This document shows, in pieces, positions 59,702-64,000 of a stretch of 64,000 bases of DNA. Both the position numbers and the translations under genes were made by a program. The notes under the pieces are model-generated. The model saw nothing but the letters and a program-made list of their open reading frames with translations, was not told the origin of the DNA and made no database searches. Source of the DNA: a virus; the IMG/VR virus record IMGVR_UViG_3300029118_000005; one strand, 5' to 3'. Each line of letters starts with the position of its first letter. Position 1 is the first letter of the stretch.

Positions 59702-61156
59702 TTAAATACTGTTATTTACTAATATATATATTTCTTGCAATGCGTAATCTATATTTATACGGCTCAAATATCCGATTTTTGCATTCCAATCTTGAGCCTG
59801 TGCAATCATGGCATAATACAGTTTGTGGCTCAGGTGAGCAGTTACGAAGAACACAAAGTCAGATTTTTTTAATGCAGCGTTGCGCACAGTGCTGACATTT
59901 CCTGCACTGATATATTGCCAATCCGGAAGATAAGTTTTAAGCTTCTTTATCAAGTTTGGATACCCTCCAACAATTGTACCACTAATGTTTTTTAATTGCT
60001 GAATTTGCTCTTTAGATAGCTTATTTGCAATTTCGGTTTCCGAATCAGATTCCAGTGAAAACATATGCTCTCGTAAAGCATAAAGCTCCCTACGTTCACC
60101 CTCTACCTTTTGCAGTTCGGATTTTAGTGCATCATTCTTCTGCTTGAGTAGATTTATCTCATCAGATAAGCGCTGAACCTGCTCAGTACAAGCTTTTTGT
60201 TCAGACATCCTGCGTTCCTGAGATTCAGATAATGCAGATTTGGCTTGAAGCAATTCATTTTTAATGCTCTCTACTTCAATATACACGTCTTCACGATTGT
60301 GTTGGAAGTAGTATTCTTTAGACTGCTTATATGCCTTACACATAGCTAATATATAGCTCGTATATTTTGCATAAGTCAGGAAATCCTCACGTATTCCTCC
60401 TCTTTTTCCGTGCGTATAAGCAATTGCTAGTGCTTCCAGATCTTCATGTGTGAACTGTAATTCAGAAAAAATAGAAACGCTTGAAAGTGACTCAATGTCA
60501 AACACGGTAGTGTATCCAAATTCCTCATCTTTTGGTGCTAACTGGATCTGCTTAAATAAATCTTTTGGAAGTTGACTAATGTATGATTTTGCTCTTTCCT
60601 GAAAAGCACAGTCATATTTCTTTAAGCCTTTTTGTATTCTGCGTTCTGGATTGTATCCGTAGTTTGCAATAAAGCAAAGTAATTCATCACATTTTTTACG
60701 TTCTTGCACTAACTCTTGCGGCCACATATTTAAAAAGTAATAGCCTGCAAATAAATGGCCATTAAAATTATCGTCCGAAACATGATCTGACTTTGCAAGC
60801 TTTGCATAAATGACTTCTCCGATTACACTATCAAAATGAAGCGGTTCGTCTTTTGGAAGCCTTTTAAAAATGTTGTATAGCTTTCTGTATCCCTTTTTGA
60901 AAAGAATATCCAAAGAAGTCTGTGCTTGTTCATCTTCTGTGTAGCTATATTCGACGATTCCGAGTGCTTTTTTATAAGCTTCTTCTGTTTGCAAAGACAG
61001 CTCTTCCGAAAATAAAGTATTGTAATATTCGCTCTGCTTTGCAGCATTATAATAAGCTACAGCATTCTTGCCATATTCGCTTTCTAAATCTAATCGTATA
61101 TGGCGTGCAAACGCGATAGCGCAAGCGTAAAACGGTATCAAGTTTACTTGCTCCAT
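59702..61156 (-). CDS. coiled-coil protein with C-terminal DUF2325-like domain
   Basis: 484 aa. The C-terminus reads TIVGGYPNLIKKLKTYLP...SDFVFFVTAHLSHKLYYAM...AKIGYL. There is a central heptad-rich region. Confidence 0.5.
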   Translation of the reverse strand: MEQVNLIPFYACAIAFARHIRLDLESEYGKNAVAYYNAAKQSEYYNTLFSEELSLQTEEAYKKALGIVEYSYTEDEQAQTSLDILFKKGYRKLYNIFKRLPKDEPLHFDSVIGEVIYAKLAKSDHVSDDNFNGHLFAGYYFLNMWPQELVQERKKCDELLCFIANYGYNPERRIQKGLKKYDCAFQERAKSYISQLPKDLFKQIQLAPKDEEFGYTTVFDIESLSSVSIFSELQFTHEDLEALAIAYTHGKRGGIREDFLTYAKYTSYILAMCKAYKQSKEYYFQHNREDVYIEVESIKNELLQAKSALSESQERRMSEQKACTEQVQRLSDEINLLKQKNDALKSELQKVEGERRELYALREHMFSLESDSETEIANKLSKEQIQQLKNISGTIVGGYPNLIKKLKTYLPDWQYISAGNVSTVRNAALKKSDFVFFVTAHLSHKLYYAMIAQAQDWNAKIGYLSRINIDYALQEIYILVNNSI

Positions 61157-61205
61157 AAAATGCCTCCTTTCTTTAATTTTAGTAAAGAATTATCTTGTGA
61201 TAAAA

Positions 61206-61706
61206 TTACCAAAATTTTATTTTTTGATTACGTAAATAGGATCTATTTTTTGATTTATTATAAATCTCATAATGCGTTAAATACATTGCAAAATCATCGT
61301 TCCATGCCTTTTCTAATTTGACCTTATATTCCGTAATATGCCCAGACTTATATATTCGTATCGCGTGATATCTGCCGTATGTATCGCCGCTATCTGTATG
61401 CCATATGAATAAATCTACATATCCATTGTAATAATCTTTTTTAACTTGTTTGTACATGTTACAGCATAATTCAGTTGTTGGCAAATCAAATTTGTCAATG
61501 TAATTAAATGCCATTGTAAACTCGCCACTCGCAAACACAGTTAATGCTGATACAATATCAATTGTTTTCATATTATTAGCGGATAGTAAACGCCGTAATG
61601 ATTCTGCAATATTACAATTCCGTTCATATATCACATCGTCAAGTTTTCCTTCTGCAATAGCATTTTTAACACTAACTATTCTTTCATAAATCTCATTACT
61701 TACCAT
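61206..61706 (-). CDS. hypothetical protein
   Basis: 166-aa ORF downstream of array D, with a GGAGGA RBS. Confidence 0.45.
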   Translation of the reverse strand: MVSNEIYERIVSVKNAIAEGKLDDVIYERNCNIAESLRRLLSANNMKTIDIVSALTVFASGEFTMAFNYIDKFDLPTTELCCNMYKQVKKDYYNGYVDLFIWHTDSGDTYGRYHAIRIYKSGHITEYKVKLEKAWNDDFAMYLTHYEIYNKSKNRSYLRNQKIKFW

Positions 61707-61719
61707 AATAAAATCCTCC

Positions 61720-61783
61720 TTTTAACAATTTTTAACAGTTCTTTACATTATTAACCCTTTTTTAAATGTCAAATAATGTAAAG
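61720..61783. repeat. 10-bp phased iteron array D (3 units, TTAACCC spacer, 2 inverted units)
   Basis: ctttaacaat ttttaacagt tctttacatt attaaccctt ttttaaatgt caaataatgt aaag. Confidence 0.7.
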
Positions 61784-61785
61784 AA

Positions 61786-62154
61786 TTATAGATCATGTGT
61801 CCGCATGTATTCCTCGATGGCAAAGCAAGCAAATCCTGCTAGGGTGCGGCCTGACTTACGAGCGGCTTCTGAAAAGGCTGCCTTTTGCGATTCAGTACAC
61901 GATACACTGAACTGAATCTTACGCTCAGCTGCAGGGACTTCTCTGCGCCCTACATACCCACCATTTGGACCAATCTTTGGAGTTGGGTTATATCCAGGCG
62001 TATACACTCTGTTTGGATCAACTGGAGCGGAGACAAATACTGATTTTTTTTCCACCGGCTGGATGCTTGGAATTTCAGTTTCGCCAGTATCTGCAAAATC
62101 AATGCCGGCTGTCACATCAAAAGAAGTGGTGGTGGTGTTATCTTTCTTTCTCAT
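61786..62154 (-). CDS. ribbon-helix-helix protein (ParG/omega-like centromere-binding candidate)
   Basis: The C-terminal RKIQFSVSCTESQKAAFSEAARKSGRTLAGFACFAIEEYMRTH is an RHH layout. The long N-terminus looks disordered and begins MRKK. Confidence 0.55.
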   Translation of the reverse strand: MRKKDNTTTTSFDVTAGIDFADTGETEIPSIQPVEKKSVFVSAPVDPNRVYTPGYNPTPKIGPNGGYVGRREVPAAERKIQFSVSCTESQKAAFSEAARKSGRTLAGFACFAIEEYMRTHDL

Positions 62155-62167
62155 ATCAAATTACTCC

Positions 62168-62296
62168 TTAATAAGTCAATGTTTCTTCCAGTCTAGTTTC
62201 CTCTACTGGAGTTGCGTCTGGAAAATCTACGAACTCCAAATGGTAGCAATTGCCACAGTTTTTTAATGTGGCTGGATAAAAGTATCTTTTTTCCAT
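62168..62296 (-). CDS. possible 42-aa protein (below ORF-track cutoff)
   Basis: GGAAAGAGGA RBS. My translation is MEKRYFYPATLKNCGNCYHLEFVDFPDATPVEETRLEETLTY. Confidence 0.3.
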   Translation of the reverse strand: MEKRYFYPATLKNCGNCYHLEFVDFPDATPVEETRLEETLTY

Positions 62297-62371
62297 AAAT
62301 CCTCTTTCCACGCCCTGTTAGACGCTTTTTTATTTGCCTTGCTGAGATTTTTTATAATCTTTCGGTCACAA

Positions 62372-62698
62372 TCACAACCAGCAGGCAAAACCCGCCTTCC
62401 GAAGGTACTTTTCTCTATCCATTCGGAAATCCCTTCGTGGCAGGTTCTTATTTATGCTTTCTAAGTATGCCTTACGACAAGCGTCTGTCGTGAGTTTCTT
62501 TGATAGATAGTCGTAGCAAAGACCCCACCCATCAAAAAAAACATTGACACTTTCGAGAGCCGCTATAACCTCGGACTCTGTTTCTGCACCCTTGCTTGCG
62601 GCAATTATCTCGTCGCAAGTTTTGGTGTACTTGTCATGCTCTCGGTACTCCTCAAACACATTTACAGTAAAAGCATCTTCTCTCATAACAAACCTCAT
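62372..62698 (-). CDS. hypothetical protein
   Basis: 108-aa ORF with a GGGGAG RBS, downstream of parA. Confidence 0.45.
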   Translation of the reverse strand: MRFVMREDAFTVNVFEEYREHDKYTKTCDEIIAASKGAETESEVIAALESVNVFFDGWGLCYDYLSKKLTTDACRKAYLESINKNLPRRDFRMDREKYLRKAGFACWL

Positions 62699-62796
62699 TT
62701 CTCCCCGTTTTGGCGATAGGACACCAGTTATTATTATTTGTTTTGCGTTGTGGCTATAACCACGTTTCCGCCAATAAAAGATATATTTAATATCCC

Positions 62797-63564
62797 TTAT
62801 TGGCAGAATCTAAGTAGTTCTTTTGTGAACTGCATATAGTCAATGGCAGCGTTACACTTTGAATCAAATTTCATGAGAGTTGTTCTGGTTGCCTGTGCCT
62901 TTTGTACAGCAATGCTTTCACGAATAGTTGTGCAAAAAACCTTTGTGTTGAGCTGCTTGGCAATTTCTTCTAAAGAATTTTTAACTTCCTGAGCGAGGAG
63001 TTGACGGCTCTTATATTTTACTAGTAAGAGTCCTGCAACCTCTAGGTTAGGATTATTTCTTTTCTTTACGCCTGTGATGGTTCTGTTAAGTTCTGAGAGG
63101 CCTTGAATAGCATAACGGTCTGCAGTGACAGGAATGATGACTTTGTTAGAAGCAATTAAACAGTTTTTAAGCAATTTGTTGTCAGCCGGAGCTGTATCAA
63201 TAATAACATAGTCATAGCCAGTTAATTCAGCAAGAGCATCTTTTAGTCTAAAATACTCGTTCCCGTCACTTGGGAATCTTTGATCTGCTGTTTTCAGCTC
63301 TGGATCGGATGCGACTATGTCACCGATTTCTGTTTTTTGAATAGCTTCCGCAATTGGAAGTGGATCTTCAATGTCTAAAATAACATCGTAGAGAGTTGCC
63401 GTATCTTTGGATACTGCTCTATAAGTATCAGTGCTGTTACCCTGCGGATCAGCGTCAACCAGTAAGACCTTCTTGCCTTGCGACATTAAAATTGACGCAA
63501 GTGTAGTGGCTGTTGTGGTTTTTGCAATGCCGCCTTTTTGATTTGCAATGCATATTACTTTCAT
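62797..63564 (-). CDS. parA: ParA/Soj-family partition ATPase (short, type Ib-like)
   Basis: Deviant Walker A NQKGGIAKTT. Also VLLVDADPQGNST and VIIDTAP. 255 aa with no N-terminal HTH. Confidence 0.85.
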   Translation of the reverse strand: MKVICIANQKGGIAKTTTATTLASILMSQGKKVLLVDADPQGNSTDTYRAVSKDTATLYDVILDIEDPLPIAEAIQKTEIGDIVASDPELKTADQRFPSDGNEYFRLKDALAELTGYDYVIIDTAPADNKLLKNCLIASNKVIIPVTADRYAIQGLSELNRTITGVKKRNNPNLEVAGLLLVKYKSRQLLAQEVKNSLEEIAKQLNTKVFCTTIRESIAVQKAQATRTTLMKFDSKCNAAIDYMQFTKELLRFCQ

Positions 63565-63580
63565 TGTGAAACCTCCTTTG

Positions 63581-63650
63581 TGATTACATTATTCTACATT
63601 ATTTTACAATTCTTAACCCAATTTGACATTTCTTTACAGTAAAATAATGT
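63581..63650. repeat. 10-bp phased iteron array E (about 6 units) upstream of parA
   Basis: tgattacatt attctacatt attttacaat tcttaaccca atttgacatt tctttacagt aaaataatgt. Confidence 0.75.
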
Positions 63651-63679
63651 TTTTTCCTTTCTCAGTTATAGCATACATT

Positions 63680-63720
63680 GTTAGAACTAAAAAGTCAATA
63701 GTTAGAACTAAAAAGTTATA
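63680..63720. repeat. two tandem ~21-bp repeats GTTAGAACTAAAAAGT(C/T)(A)ATA
   Basis: gttagaactaaaaagtcaata / gttagaactaaaaagttata, located between arrays E and F. Confidence 0.7.
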
Positions 63721-63743
63721 AAAAATATCTTTAAGGTTATACG

Positions 63744-63790
63744 TGTGACATTTCTTTACAGTAAAATAATGTTAAAAAATGTTGTAAAAA
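63744..63790. repeat. 10-bp phased iteron array F (about 4 units)
   Basis: gtgtgacatt tctttacagt aaaataatgt taaaaaatgt tgtaaaaa. Positions 63747-63774 duplicate 63624-63651 of array E. Confidence 0.7.
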
Positions 63791-63817
63791 TCCCCTAGCA
63801 TCATAAATACCAGGGGA
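63786..63817 (-). terminator. intrinsic terminator of the partial HTH gene
   Basis: Minus-strand TCCCCT ... AGGGGA hairpin followed by TTTTT. Confidence 0.6.
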
Positions 63818-63822
63818 CTATT

Positions 63823-64000
63823 TATAGTTGGTTGATTTTTGATTTTATATCGGCAATCCTGCGATCAACCGTCCTAGTCGACACAGATAACCGGGTTGCT
63901 ATTTCGCTGATAGATTTGCCTTTAGATAACATATCAAATGTTATCTCTTCATCGTCCGTGAAATTACTTCTAAGTTTGTAATCATCAAGCTTAGACTGGG
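63823..64000 (-). CDS. C-terminal fragment of a sigma-70 region-4 / LuxR-type HTH protein (5' end outside window)
   Basis: My translation is ...DDEEITFDMLSKGKSISEIATRLSVSTRTVDRRIADIKSKINQL, stop at 63823. Not in the ORF track because it is truncated. Confidence 0.5.

Larger units (their letters stand above)
1..64000. mobile_element. temperate siphovirus-like phage-plasmid (virion and lysis modules together with a Rep_3/iteron replicon, ParA partition locus and Xer-like recombinase)
   Basis: One contiguous low-GC segment carries portal, capsid, tape measure, terminase and holin/endolysin alongside a plasmid-type Rep with iterons (29.9-31.5 kb) and ParA (62.8-63.6 kb). No chromosomal housekeeping genes are visible. 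Confidence 0.7.

Noticed and set aside
53311-63790. Reading the TTTACA-containing repeats as TcdR/UviA/BotR-type group-5 sigma promoters
   Set aside because: TTTACA recurs every 10 bp rather than once per site. No consistently spaced GTTA-type -10 element follows it. One array lies at a convergent junction.
1-64000. Retron, DGR or other reverse-transcriptase-based system; toxin-antitoxin pair; transposase or IS element
   Set aside because: No ORF shows RT (YxDD), transposase (DDE) or recognisable toxin motifs by eye. The paralogous fibre-like genes show no template/variable-repeat relationship.

Overview
Low-GC (Firmicutes/Clostridia-like, by inference) 64-kb segment that reads as a nearly complete temperate siphovirus-type phage-plasmid, with almost all genes on the minus strand. 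0-9.4 kb: RecT module, DEDDh exonuclease, antirepressor, two XRE repressor-like genes and an SSB-like gene. 9.5-29.3 kb: tail genes, an 1854-aa tape measure with 63-nt in-frame repeats, a G/GT chaperone pair with a UUUUUUC slippery site, major tail, connector genes with an embedded holin, capsid, scaffold, MuF-like and portal genes. An Xer-like tyrosine recombinase sits inside the tail module. 29.9-31.5 kb: a plasmid replicon (two iteron families plus a Rep_3-like initiator) inserted between portal and large terminase. 33.7-45.3 kb: endolysin, tandem DUF2829 (Tad2-like) genes, an orphan DNA methyltransferase, five tRNA-like genes split by an HNH endonuclease, MazG and a ThyX-like gene. 45.3-51.3 kb: a visibly GC-richer mosaic block with a TerS-like gene, an 830-bp strand-asymmetric non-coding region and an RHH regulator with palindromic operators. 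51.3-64 kb: an accessory arm holding two orphan CRISPR large-subunit homologues (a Cas8c-like N-terminal fragment, and a full-length Cse1/Cas8e-like gene followed by an HTH gene), an operon of low-complexity and BclA-C-like proteins, and ParA plus RHH partition genes. Six arrays of a 10-bp helically phased repeat (TAATGTAAAN) punctuate this arm. No rRNA, CRISPR array, transposase or reverse transcriptase was seen. All family assignments come from reading motifs by eye and from memory; no search was run.
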